From a virus: a DNA stretch of 64,000 nucleotides. The notes beneath the pieces are model-generated. The model searched no databases, was not told the DNA's origin, and worked only from the letters and a program-made list of their open reading frames with translations. Both the position numbers and the translations under genes were made by a program. This document shows positions 47,463 through 55,996 of the stretch, piece by piece. The stretch covers positions 1 through 64,000 of the IMG/VR virus record IMGVR_UViG_3300042924_004713; one strand, given 5' to 3'. Each line of letters starts with the position of its first letter. Positions within the stretch are counted from its first letter, which is position 1.

Positions 47463-48383
47463 ATGAAAATATTCATTACCGGCAGTAACGGCTTTATCGG
47501 CCAACATCTTTTGCCTTTGTTACAACAACGTCATACTGTGGTTGAGCTTGTTAGCGACCTTAGAGATCATGCCAAGGTTGTAGCTGAACTGCAAGCAGCT
47601 AACCCAGATATAGTAGTACATCTGGCTGCTCGCACCGAAGTTGAAAAAAGTTTTTATGAGCAAGTTACTTTTAGTGACATCAACTACGTGGGCAGTGTTA
47701 ATCTCATCGACGCAGCCAGCAAGTTAAGTAATCTCAAAAACTTTGTGTTTGCTAGTACCATGGAAGTCTATGGCTGGCAACCTATCAGCGATGAAGTCCG
47801 TGATCATGGCAAACCACTTGTGTCATTGGCTTTTGACGAAAACACTGTGCCCAATCCCAATGCTCCTTATGCAGTGGCAAAGCTAGCAGTGGAAAAATAC
47901 TTGGAATATGCTCATCGTGCTCTAGGTCTACCTTTCACAGCATTACGACAAACCAACAGCTATGGTCGTGGTGACAATGACTTCTTTGTAACAGAACAAA
48001 TTGTCACACAGATGTTGCAAGGTCTTGATGTAGTGAAGTTAGGCTATGCCGAACCCTATAGAAACTTTATCTGGATTGAAGATTTGTTGCAAGCCTGGAT
48101 GCAAGTGATTGAAAATCCTGAGCAATGCAATCAAGGCAAGATCTACACCGTGGGTCCTGACAATCCAATCAAGATAAGAGATTATGCAGAAAAGATTGCA
48201 GGCATGATTGGCTGGCAAGGCGAAATAAAATGGAATACCAAGCCGCATCGTCCCGGAGAAATCTACTGGTTAAATTCGGGTACCACAGCTATTACTCGTG
48301 ATCTTGGATGGCGCCCTGTGATTGATATGGACACAGGTTTAGAAAAGACTATAAAAATATGGCGCCAGAAATTCAACAAATAA
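47463..48383 (+). CDS. NAD-dependent nucleotide-sugar epimerase/dehydratase
   Basis: ITGSNGFIG, HLAA, ASTMEVYG, PYAVAK (YxxxK). Confidence 0.92.
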   Translation: MKIFITGSNGFIGQHLLPLLQQRHTVVELVSDLRDHAKVVAELQAANPDIVVHLAARTEVEKSFYEQVTFSDINYVGSVNLIDAASKLSNLKNFVFASTMEVYGWQPISDEVRDHGKPLVSLAFDENTVPNPNAPYAVAKLAVEKYLEYAHRALGLPFTALRQTNSYGRGDNDFFVTEQIVTQMLQGLDVVKLGYAEPYRNFIWIEDLLQAWMQVIENPEQCNQGKIYTVGPDNPIKIRDYAEKIAGMIGWQGEIKWNTKPHRPGEIYWLNSGTTAITRDLGWRPVIDMDTGLEKTIKIWRQKFNK

Positions 48384-48913
48384 AACAAGGACACATTGAC
48401 CTATCACGGTTTGGTGATTGGCACGAGAACTGTGATTTTGTTACACACCCAGATCCATGGAGTGGATTTAGTCCTGTGTATGCAGTTGATCGAGAACGTT
48501 ATTTTAATATCACTGAGATAGCCATTGCTCGCAACATACCCGAGAGTCTTGAACACTATCTCTCGCAGCAATTTGCTTTTTTGTCCGATAAAGTTTATGC
48601 AGCACATCTAATTCCAGCAGGCAAGATATTACCATGGCATCAAGATGCATATCGAATCTACTGTGAAAAACGAGCAATCACAGATTTATCATTGATCACT
48701 AGAGTAATCATCTTTGTACAGGACTGGAAGGTTGGACACGGTCTACAAGTGGGTGATAGATCCATTGGCACCTGGCAGCGAGGAGATTGGGTGTCATGGC
48801 AAGGCGATACTCCGCATCTAGTGTATAACCTAGGTCAAGATCCAAGATATACCCTGCAGATTACTGGCACAAAAATGTCAAACAATCTTGACCACGACCT
48901 AAATATTCTGTAA
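48359..48913 (+). CDS. Fe(II)/2OG oxygenase-like protein
   Basis: PWHQD...PHLVYN...RYTLQITG; same motif layout as 7799-8473. Confidence 0.65.
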   Translation: MAPEIQQIKQGHIDLSRFGDWHENCDFVTHPDPWSGFSPVYAVDRERYFNITEIAIARNIPESLEHYLSQQFAFLSDKVYAAHLIPAGKILPWHQDAYRIYCEKRAITDLSLITRVIIFVQDWKVGHGLQVGDRSIGTWQRGDWVSWQGDTPHLVYNLGQDPRYTLQITGTKMSNNLDHDLNIL

Positions 48914-48922
48914 ACTAGCAAC

Positions 48923-48947
48923 AGTCATCCTCGACTCAAACTCGGAG
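48923..48947 (+). promoter_or_regulatory. Candidate SD-occluding mini-pseudoknot in the folE leader
   Basis: AGTC/GACT stem, loop ATCCTC whose TCC complements GGA of the SD. Confidence 0.35.
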
Positions 48948-48954
48948 AAAAACA

Positions 48955-49779
48955 TTGTCAAACACTTATACCCCTGATCCACTACTCAACACACCTGTAG
49001 ACACAGAGTTTCAGCCACAAACCTATCAAGATCGATATGTGCCTTTGCCCACAAAGGTCTATGTCAAGGCCGGCGAAGTTGGACGACGCCAAGAATATGT
49101 GTCAGATCTAATCAAAGCTCGGATGAAGACTGATAACAAACGTTTTTGGGCCGGTGACAACATCAGTGACTATATCACAGCAGAACAAAAGAGTCAGCTA
49201 ATTGATGAAGCCACCGAAGCCTTTGAGCTTGTGTTGGATCGATTGTTGATTGATCGTGAAAACGATCCTAACTCACAAGGCACAGCCAGGCGCTTGGCCA
49301 AGATGTACTTCAATGAAATAATGGCAGGTAGATACGAACCAAGTCCCAACGCCACAGCTTTTCCAAACGACACAGAAGATCGTTATGAGGGCATGCTGGT
49401 TGTACGCAGTGAGCTTCGTAGTATGTGTAGTCACCATCACCAACCAGTCAGCGGAGTTGCATATATTGGTATCATTGCTGCGGAAAAACTCATTGGTTTG
49501 TCTAAGTACACTCGTATCGCCCAATGGTGCGCTCGTCGTGGCACACTACAGGAAGAGCTGTGCAATGATATCGCCAGAGAAATCATGAAAGCCACAGGCA
49601 GCAAAAACGTAGGTGTATACATTCAAGCCACACACGGTTGCTGTGAAAATCGCGGCATCATGGCACATTCAAGTCTAACACAAACCACTGTATTGACCGG
49701 AGCTTTCAAAGACGATCCCAGCGTCAAGAAAGAGTTCATGGACAATATCAAACTTCAACAAGAATTCGCTCCGAGGTAA
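48955..49779 (+). CDS. folE: GTP cyclohydrolase I
   Basis: TARRLAK, SMCSHH, IGLSKYTR, LQEEL, HGCCENRG; TTG start after GGAG. Confidence 0.95.
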   Translation: MSNTYTPDPLLNTPVDTEFQPQTYQDRYVPLPTKVYVKAGEVGRRQEYVSDLIKARMKTDNKRFWAGDNISDYITAEQKSQLIDEATEAFELVLDRLLIDRENDPNSQGTARRLAKMYFNEIMAGRYEPSPNATAFPNDTEDRYEGMLVVRSELRSMCSHHHQPVSGVAYIGIIAAEKLIGLSKYTRIAQWCARRGTLQEELCNDIAREIMKATGSKNVGVYIQATHGCCENRGIMAHSSLTQTTVLTGAFKDDPSVKKEFMDNIKLQQEFAPR

Positions 49780-49781
49780 TC

Positions 49782-49949
49782 ATGGAAATACAACCCAAAG
49801 ACACAAGCAAAGGACATTTTTATGTTAGTCTTGCCAAAAGCGGCATTAGGATATTTGCTGGAGGCGTGTTGATGGTAGGAAACTTTTGGCTAGCAGGAGT
49901 ATGCATCGTACTGGCTGAAGTATTAGGCGTAGTGGAGGAAATAGTATGA
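49782..49949 (+). CDS. Small membrane protein (55 aa)
   Basis: Not in ORF track; MEIQPKDTSKGHFYVSLAKSGIRI...LAEVLGVVEEIV; SD GAGG; ATGA coupling. Confidence 0.7.
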   Translation: MEIQPKDTSKGHFYVSLAKSGIRIFAGGVLMVGNFWLAGVCIVLAEVLGVVEEIV

Positions 49950-50314
49950 GTGTGTTTCTAGACCAGATGGCTTTTATGTTGGCTTGCGATCAAACAGTTG
50001 GCAAGTTCAACCAAGAACAATTCAACATGTATCTAAGCTTGATACAAGAAGAAGCAGACGAACTTGCACAAGCTATCCAACAGCATGACAAAGTTGAAAC
50101 CTTGGATGCATTGATTGACATCTTAGTGGTTACCATTGGTGCTATTCACAGCCTTGGAGTAGATGCCGAGGGAGCCTGGAACGAAGTGTTGGTTAGTAAT
50201 TTGGCCAAGATTGACAAAGACACTGGTAAAGTGCGCAAACGCGAAGATGGCAAAGTTCTTAAACCAGAAGGCTGGCAACCTCCTAATCTTGGAAAATACG
50301 TTCGTCCACTGTAA
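49946..50314 (+). CDS. MazG-like all-alpha NTP pyrophosphohydrolase
   Basis: LIQEEADEL, ETLDALID, SNLAK, DGKVLKP. Confidence 0.85.
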   Translation: MSVFLDQMAFMLACDQTVGKFNQEQFNMYLSLIQEEADELAQAIQQHDKVETLDALIDILVVTIGAIHSLGVDAEGAWNEVLVSNLAKIDKDTGKVRKREDGKVLKPEGWQPPNLGKYVRPL

Positions 50315-50324
50315 AGGATTCAGC

Positions 50325-50573
50325 ATGAAGAATGAACTACCAAAAGACTTTTACAAAAACCAAGCCAGTGCTGTGATAGATCGAGTTAGAAATCTCAAAA
50401 CCTGGGAAATCACTAGAGTGCTTGACGAGCCGTTGGAATTTAGAGGAGGTCCTGTGCCTTTTGATATCAAGGCCGATCAAAAACGTGCTTGGTTCAAAGT
50501 GATAGCATTGACCAAACAAGAAGCAGAGCAGATGGTCGATGATTGGATGCGAGGAGCAGACCATGATCTCTGA
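50325..50573 (+). CDS. Hypothetical protein
   Basis: SD AAGGA; ORF. Confidence 0.6.
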   Translation: MKNELPKDFYKNQASAVIDRVRNLKTWEITRVLDEPLEFRGGPVPFDIKADQKRAWFKVIALTKQEAEQMVDDWMRGADHDL

Positions 50574-50952
50574 TCTTGATCGTGCTATCGCAGACAAAAG
50601 AGCTCCTTGGACTGAGATAGAACGCACCGAATCTTTGTACACAGTGTTCAGAGATGCATTTGCAGTGACTCCTGGACATTTGTTGTTTGTTCCCGCACAA
50701 GAAACCTGGGAATGTGTTGCGGCCTGCTATCAAGCTGCTTACGAAACTGGAGCAGCCGGTGTGACGCAGGGTCAATGGGACGCTTTTAACATCGGACAAA
50801 ATGTTGGTGAGGCTGCTGGACAAACTGTGATGTATCCACATGTTCACATGATACCACGTAGACAAGGTGATTGTGCTGATCCCACGGGTGGAGTACGTGG
50901 AGTGATTTCCAGTCAACAAAACTACAAACGACCTGGATATATCAAACCATGA
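50563..50952 (+). CDS. HIT-family nucleotide hydrolase
   Basis: VTPGHLL, NVGEAAGQTV, YPHVHMIPR. Confidence 0.9.
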   Translation: MISDLDRAIADKRAPWTEIERTESLYTVFRDAFAVTPGHLLFVPAQETWECVAACYQAAYETGAAGVTQGQWDAFNIGQNVGEAAGQTVMYPHVHMIPRRQGDCADPTGGVRGVISSQQNYKRPGYIKP

Positions 50953-51851
50953 AGAAACTTTTGACTATGTTGTTGCTGTTGACTATGTCAGTTTCAGTCA
51001 ACGCTAAAAAATCTACGTCGCATCACCCAGCAGTTTGGGTCTACAACATTACCAAACAAGAGATAGTTACCGCACGGTTTCACAATGAGACCATGCCCAT
51101 TGCCAGTATAACCAAACTCATGACCGCCATGGTATCCTTGGATTATGATCGCGATCTTGAGAGAAAAATCACAATGTTGCCGGGTGGACGACTGCCCGCA
51201 GGTGAACACAGTCGTCGTGATGTAATGACAGCAATGTTGGTGCGCAGTGATAACATAGCAGCCGAAAGCATAGCCAGGGACTATCCTGGAGGTCGTAAAG
51301 ACTTTATCAAGGCCATGAATCGCAAGGCACAGGAGATTGCCATGGTTGGTGCCAGATTCATGGATCCCACAGGACTGAGTTCTAGCAACGAAGCCACTGC
51401 TGGCAGCGTGGGCAACATGGTGCAGATTGCATCACTGTATCCTTTCATTGTGGAAACCAGTGTGAAAAAGCATGTGCTATTTGAGGTCAATAGAAAACGA
51501 AAGATTAGAACAATTTCTATTGACAATACTAACAAGCCCTTGCTTATGGAGTTTGACCAAATACGTGTGAGCAAAACTGGTTTTACAAATTCAGCTGGTT
51601 GGTGTGTGGGCATGTTAGTAGAAAGCAAAGGTCAGGAGTTTGTGATTGTGATTCTTCACAGTGAAAGCAAACAAAAAAGATATGAGCTAGCGAAATCTAC
51701 CATTTACAATAATTTGGTTGATCATGAAGTTGATAATGTGGTCAATGACTCAGATCCCCAACCAGAACCTGCGCCAGAACCAGAAACCATTGACAAAACA
51801 ATTTATAGATGGTATAATAAGTTTTGGCTGTCAATAACCGGCAAATCCTAA
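50949..51851 (+). CDS. Peptidase S11 D-Ala-D-Ala carboxy/endopeptidase (PBP7-like), secreted
   Basis: Signal peptide; ASITK (SxxK), SDN, KTG. Confidence 0.92.
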   Translation: MKKLLTMLLLLTMSVSVNAKKSTSHHPAVWVYNITKQEIVTARFHNETMPIASITKLMTAMVSLDYDRDLERKITMLPGGRLPAGEHSRRDVMTAMLVRSDNIAAESIARDYPGGRKDFIKAMNRKAQEIAMVGARFMDPTGLSSSNEATAGSVGNMVQIASLYPFIVETSVKKHVLFEVNRKRKIRTISIDNTNKPLLMEFDQIRVSKTGFTNSAGWCVGMLVESKGQEFVIVILHSESKQKRYELAKSTIYNNLVDHEVDNVVNDSDPQPEPAPEPETIDKTIYRWYNKFWLSITGKS

Positions 51852-51865
51852 CTGGGAGAAATAAC

Positions 51866-52474
51866 ATGGCTAATTGGAAGGTTTCAACCTACTATAAAAA
51901 GTCCTGCGAAGAACATGAGTACTATTACAAAGATGGTGCTAGTATCATCCGTAAAACAGGTTATCGTTGGAGTAGTTTTTTTATAGAAACAGACGACGAC
52001 AATCCTCCTGAGTTTGAATTTGACTACGTACCAGGGGGCGACGGCAAACTAGACAGCATCAACATGTATGATTGCTGTGTAAACAACATTGTAAATTCAG
52101 AACTTGATTCAATGAGCGATGGCTGTTGGGAAGATATTGAGTTTCCTGAAGACATGGATGAGGAAGAACAAGAACGCTTGCTAGAAGCGTTTGATGAATC
52201 CAGCATCTACGAAGTTCTTGAAGGCGAAGAAGGTTGGAGTCAAAACGATACTGAAGCCTGGGTATGGGGACCAATTCTTATTGAAGACGAACAAGGTAAT
52301 CGTGTGAAAATCATCTGCGCTGACAAACAAGGTCGTGCTGTGGAATTCAAAGAGGATGATGAAGAAGAAATTACCTTTGACGAACTGGCCCAAATCAATC
52401 CCGAAGAACAAGCTGTTCGAGATAGTATGCCTGTATGGCCTTTCCCCACTGGTACTAGCGAGGAATCAAAATGA
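51866..52474 (+). CDS. Acidic hypothetical protein
   Basis: SD GGGAG; D/E-rich. Confidence 0.7.
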   Translation: MANWKVSTYYKKSCEEHEYYYKDGASIIRKTGYRWSSFFIETDDDNPPEFEFDYVPGGDGKLDSINMYDCCVNNIVNSELDSMSDGCWEDIEFPEDMDEEEQERLLEAFDESSIYEVLEGEEGWSQNDTEAWVWGPILIEDEQGNRVKIICADKQGRAVEFKEDDEEEITFDELAQINPEEQAVRDSMPVWPFPTGTSEESK

Positions 52475-52788
52475 CTCTAGAAGAAGCAGTTGAACTAATA
52501 GAAAATCTCAACGAAGAAGCACATCAACTGGCATGGGATGCGTGGACCGAAGCAGATGAACTAGGAGACTCCGAAGACGAGGATGACTGGATCGCTGCTG
52601 AAGAAAAACGTGAAGAAGCCAGTGAGGAACAGTCGCAACACTTCAGAGATCTGTATCATGAGTTGTCAGAAGAAGATCAAGCCGGTATTATTAATTGGCT
52701 TCAACAAGACGAAGACTTTAGAGAGCAGTTTTCTTCGTGGTTTGGTGATGATCAATATCAAATTGAGTTTGATTTTTTAGAAGACTAA
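52471..52788 (+). CDS. Very acidic small protein
   Basis: 37 D/E and 4 K/R in 105 aa (hand count). Confidence 0.7.
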   Translation: MTLEEAVELIENLNEEAHQLAWDAWTEADELGDSEDEDDWIAAEEKREEASEEQSQHFRDLYHELSEEDQAGIINWLQQDEDFREQFSSWFGDDQYQIEFDFLED

Positions 52789-52799
52789 ATATCAATCAC

Positions 52800-52863
52800 A
52801 GCGGCCTTCCTGGCTCTTCATCCCGCTTTACAAATTCTGCAGGCCTATATTAACTTATAGGAG
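52800..52863 (+). promoter_or_regulatory. Candidate switchable RNA leader of queD
   Basis: AGCGG/CCGCT stem; CCTATA/TATAGG hairpin over the SD; alternative GGCCT/AGGCC pairing. Confidence 0.5.
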
Positions 52864-52869
52864 AATTAC

Positions 52870-53388
52870 GTGCTTTACCTAAATGAAACACAACCCCCAA
52901 GAACTTACAAATATGTAAGCACCAAAGAGTATCATGATGCTTTTCCCTGTGCGTATCGCCAATGGCGTGCGGATAGTCATTGTAACTTGATTCATGGTTA
53001 CAGTTTTAGCATGAAGTTCTACTTTGGCACAGATCTACTTGATGTGCGCAACTGGGCAGCTGACTATGGCGGCCTTAAAGAGCTTAAAAAGATTCTAGAA
53101 GATCAATTTGATCATACCTTGCTAGTAGCCATGGATGACCCAGAACTAGAAACATTCAAATTACTGCAAGAAAAGAAGTTAGCCAAACTTACTATTCTTC
53201 CTAGACTAGGCTGCGAAGGCCTAGCCGATATGCTGTACAAGTATGTGAATGGCGTGTATATTCCTGATATGTGGGGGCCTGGAGAGTCTGAAAGACTTTG
53301 GTGCTTCCGTGTGGAAGTACGCGAAACACAAAGCAACATGGCGTTCCGTGAGGGTCACCGTGAATGGGATGAAGATCTGTTTGCGTAA
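52870..53388 (+). CDS. queD: 6-carboxy-5,6,7,8-tetrahydropterin synthase
   Basis: HCNLIHGY, DYGGLKELK, FDHTLL, CEGLA, VEVRET. Confidence 0.88.
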   Translation: MLYLNETQPPRTYKYVSTKEYHDAFPCAYRQWRADSHCNLIHGYSFSMKFYFGTDLLDVRNWAADYGGLKELKKILEDQFDHTLLVAMDDPELETFKLLQEKKLAKLTILPRLGCEGLADMLYKYVNGVYIPDMWGPGESERLWCFRVEVRETQSNMAFREGHREWDEDLFA

Positions 53389-53539
53389 TTTTTGGAGACT
53401 ATGGGCCAAAGCCCTAGGAGAAAAAGCCACTCAATCTGATTCTGAATCTGACAAAGTGGCTTTGATTCGCTCTGGTATTGTACTGATCTACATTGTCACA
53501 AATTTTTTTATCATAGCAGGTATTATTAGGCACTGGTAG
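53381..53539 (+). CDS. Small membrane protein
   Basis: WRLWAKALGEKA followed by a TM helix; TTG start inferred. Confidence 0.6.
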   Translation: MRNFWRLWAKALGEKATQSDSESDKVALIRSGIVLIYIVTNFFIIAGIIRHW

Positions 53540-53557
53540 TGTGCTAGGAGTAAACAT

Positions 53558-53773
53558 ATGAGTCAACGTATTCAAGAACTTGCCGATCAAGCCAAAGAGT
53601 CAGTGCCAAAAAATATACTGGCTCCTGATCTATGGATAAAAGAATACAATCGAATATTTGCGGAATTGATCATCAAAGAATGTGCTGGTCAGTTTAATCT
53701 TGTGTATACTGACGAGCAGTATCAACGTAGAATAGACAAAACTATACTCAAACATTTTGGCTTGTACGCATGA
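53558..53773 (+). CDS. Hypothetical phage protein
   Basis: SD AGGAG; FAELIIKEC motif also in 54247-54579. Confidence 0.65.
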   Translation: MSQRIQELADQAKESVPKNILAPDLWIKEYNRIFAELIIKECAGQFNLVYTDEQYQRRIDKTILKHFGLYA

Positions 53774-54009
53774 GATACTGGACCATATGTTATCCTGATC
53801 GTCATCCCACACAAGACTTTGATATTGATCGCTGGGAGACTCTGTCAGATCAGGAGATACTGGATTCCTATTGGGATTATTGGTCAGGTAAAATGCTTGA
53901 AAAAGGTCCTAATGATTCTTGCACCTATGAGAACTGCATTACTGATTGGTGTATTGTACACTGGGCAGCTCGCAATCGTTGGCGTGAAATCAAGGAGTAC
54001 TATGAATGA
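53770..54009 (+). CDS. Hypothetical phage protein
   Basis: ATGA-coupled, Trp-rich. Confidence 0.65.
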   Translation: MRYWTICYPDRHPTQDFDIDRWETLSDQEILDSYWDYWSGKMLEKGPNDSCTYENCITDWCIVHWAARNRWREIKEYYE

Positions 54010-54263
54010 AACCCTTGATCTATAAGTTTCATCATTGGGCCAAGATTTGGGAACGAATCAAACAAGATAATCCTCCCAGTGTATATCTCATACGCAGCAA
54101 CATGCGGAAGACGCTGGGATTCACAGTGCGTGAGCATTTACACTTTGACAGAGAAAGTCATAGCTATCGGCCTGAGGTACATCTAGATTTTTATGGTGAA
54201 AAGTACCTTAGTCATTTTTTACTCAAGTACGGAAATATCAAACATCATGACGAGACCAAGTGA
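54006..54263 (+). CDS. Hypothetical phage protein
   Basis: ATGA-coupled. Confidence 0.65.
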   Translation: MKPLIYKFHHWAKIWERIKQDNPPSVYLIRSNMRKTLGFTVREHLHFDRESHSYRPEVHLDFYGEKYLSHFLLKYGNIKHHDETK

Positions 54264-54579
54264 TTTCCCTGACTTTGATCGAGCCTACAAGTCGGTGCTG
54301 TTACCAGACAATCCTGACAGGTTTGACCATATAGCGGCACAGGCTAATTTTAATATCTATCACAACGATCTTTGGCGCGGCACAGCGCGACGATTCGCTG
54401 AGTACATCGTGGAAGAGTGTGCGCAGTGCTGTGGAAGCCAGGCAGACAAAAAGGCCATACGAAAAAGATTTGGTTTGCCTATTGAAGATCCAGTGAAATA
54501 TCCGGGACCGGATCCCTTGGGCAGTGTACAATCTCAATATGCCCGAGAGTATAATCTTCCAAAAACAGATGAAACCTAG
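54247..54579 (+). CDS. Hypothetical phage protein
   Basis: ORF; FAEYIVEEC motif. Confidence 0.55.
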   Translation: MTRPSDFPDFDRAYKSVLLPDNPDRFDHIAAQANFNIYHNDLWRGTARRFAEYIVEECAQCCGSQADKKAIRKRFGLPIEDPVKYPGPDPLGSVQSQYAREYNLPKTDET

Positions 54580-55684
54580 CCATTTTTATTTTGACAATCG
54601 CATTCTAGAAAAAGAACAACTGCTGTTCAATCATGCTCGTTATGTGGGACATGAACTGTTGGTTCCTGGCCTGGGTAACTATGCTGTGATCCCACAGGAA
54701 GGCGATGGTAGAATGTTGATCAACAACAGTGATGGCGTGCAACTCATGAGCAATGTGTGCAGACATCGACAAGCAACTATCTTGCAGGGATCAGGACATC
54801 ATGCACAAATTGTTTGCCCACTGCATGGTTGGACCTATGACAATCACGGCAAGCTCATTGGTGCGCCTTTTTTTGATCCATGCCCAGATCGACATTTACA
54901 AAAGTTTACCACTCAATCCTGGCATGGATTGATATTTGAACAAGGTCATTTTGATCTGGTAAAAGCACTAGATCAAATCACTCACAAGTCTTATTTTAAC
55001 TTTAACAACTATGCGTTTCACAGCCGCCAGCAGCATTGGTGCAACTATAATTGGAAGACCTTTGTTGAAGTATACTTAGAAGACTATCATGTGGATGCAT
55101 TTCATCCAGGACTAGGTAACTTTGTAGATTGCAAACAGCTTACTTGGCAATTCAATGATCACTACAGTGTGCAGAGTGTGGGGATCAAACAGCGTTTACA
55201 GACTCCGGGCACACCTGTGTATCGTACCTGGCACAAAGCAGTAACTGACAGATGCCGTCCAAATCTACCAGACTATGGAGCCATTTGGTTGTTGATATAT
55301 CCCAACGTCATGGTAGAGTGGTATCCAGAGGTCTTGGTAATCAGCAGTGTATGGCCAGAGTCACCACAACGAACTTTGAACATAGTGGACTTTTACTATC
55401 CCGAAGAAATCGCACACTTTGAAGCAGATTTCGTAGAAGCACATCAAGCTGCCTACATGGAGACCTGCTACGAAGATGATGAAATAGCTGAACGCATGGA
55501 TCGCGGTCGTAGGCATCTTGACAGTCGAGGAGCCAATGACACAGGTCCTGTACAAGATCCTATGGAAACAGGACTAAAGAAATTTCATGATTACTACGAC
55601 CAATGGATTTTTACAGAACAACATAGAGCGTATGTCGCGCCGCGCATTGAAGATCCAGGCAGCGAAGGCGGAACATTGGATTGA
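54569..55684 (+). CDS. Rieske non-heme iron oxygenase alpha subunit
   Basis: NVCRH...CPLHGWTY Rieske motif; NWK..E...EDYHVDAFH and ED mononuclear iron site. Confidence 0.93.
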   Translation: MKPSHFYFDNRILEKEQLLFNHARYVGHELLVPGLGNYAVIPQEGDGRMLINNSDGVQLMSNVCRHRQATILQGSGHHAQIVCPLHGWTYDNHGKLIGAPFFDPCPDRHLQKFTTQSWHGLIFEQGHFDLVKALDQITHKSYFNFNNYAFHSRQQHWCNYNWKTFVEVYLEDYHVDAFHPGLGNFVDCKQLTWQFNDHYSVQSVGIKQRLQTPGTPVYRTWHKAVTDRCRPNLPDYGAIWLLIYPNVMVEWYPEVLVISSVWPESPQRTLNIVDFYYPEEIAHFEADFVEAHQAAYMETCYEDDEIAERMDRGRRHLDSRGANDTGPVQDPMETGLKKFHDYYDQWIFTEQHRAYVAPRIEDPGSEGGTLD

Positions 55685-55976
55685 TCAGATCATGCCCATA
55701 GCTCGAATACCCAACTCATTGCTGCAAGAAGTAGGACAATGGAGTTTGATACGCTCGGAGATCAACAAAACCATTGCAGAGCAAAACAATCACGCTAATT
55801 ATCAGCAGCAGCAACGTATTGATCAACTGCATGAGGCACGTAGAATTCTACGTAACTACCACTATCAGAAAGACACTGAATGGATACGCAATTACGAATT
55901 CTATGAGTCGATCAAAGAACAACGCCTACTAGCAAGACACACCGTGAGAGGTATTTTTGTCGATCGTTACGTTTAA
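55632..55976 (+). CDS. Hypothetical protein
   Basis: ORF; start uncertain. Confidence 0.45.
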   Translation: MSRRALKIQAAKAEHWIDQIMPIARIPNSLLQEVGQWSLIRSEINKTIAEQNNHANYQQQQRIDQLHEARRILRNYHYQKDTEWIRNYEFYESIKEQRLLARHTVRGIFVDRYV

Positions 55977-55996
55977 ATTACAAGCAAGGAAACAGA

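Noticed and set aside
52800-52863. Canonical preQ1-I riboswitch
   Set aside because: No GGUUC-type loop or AAAAAACUA tail; kept only as an unassigned candidate
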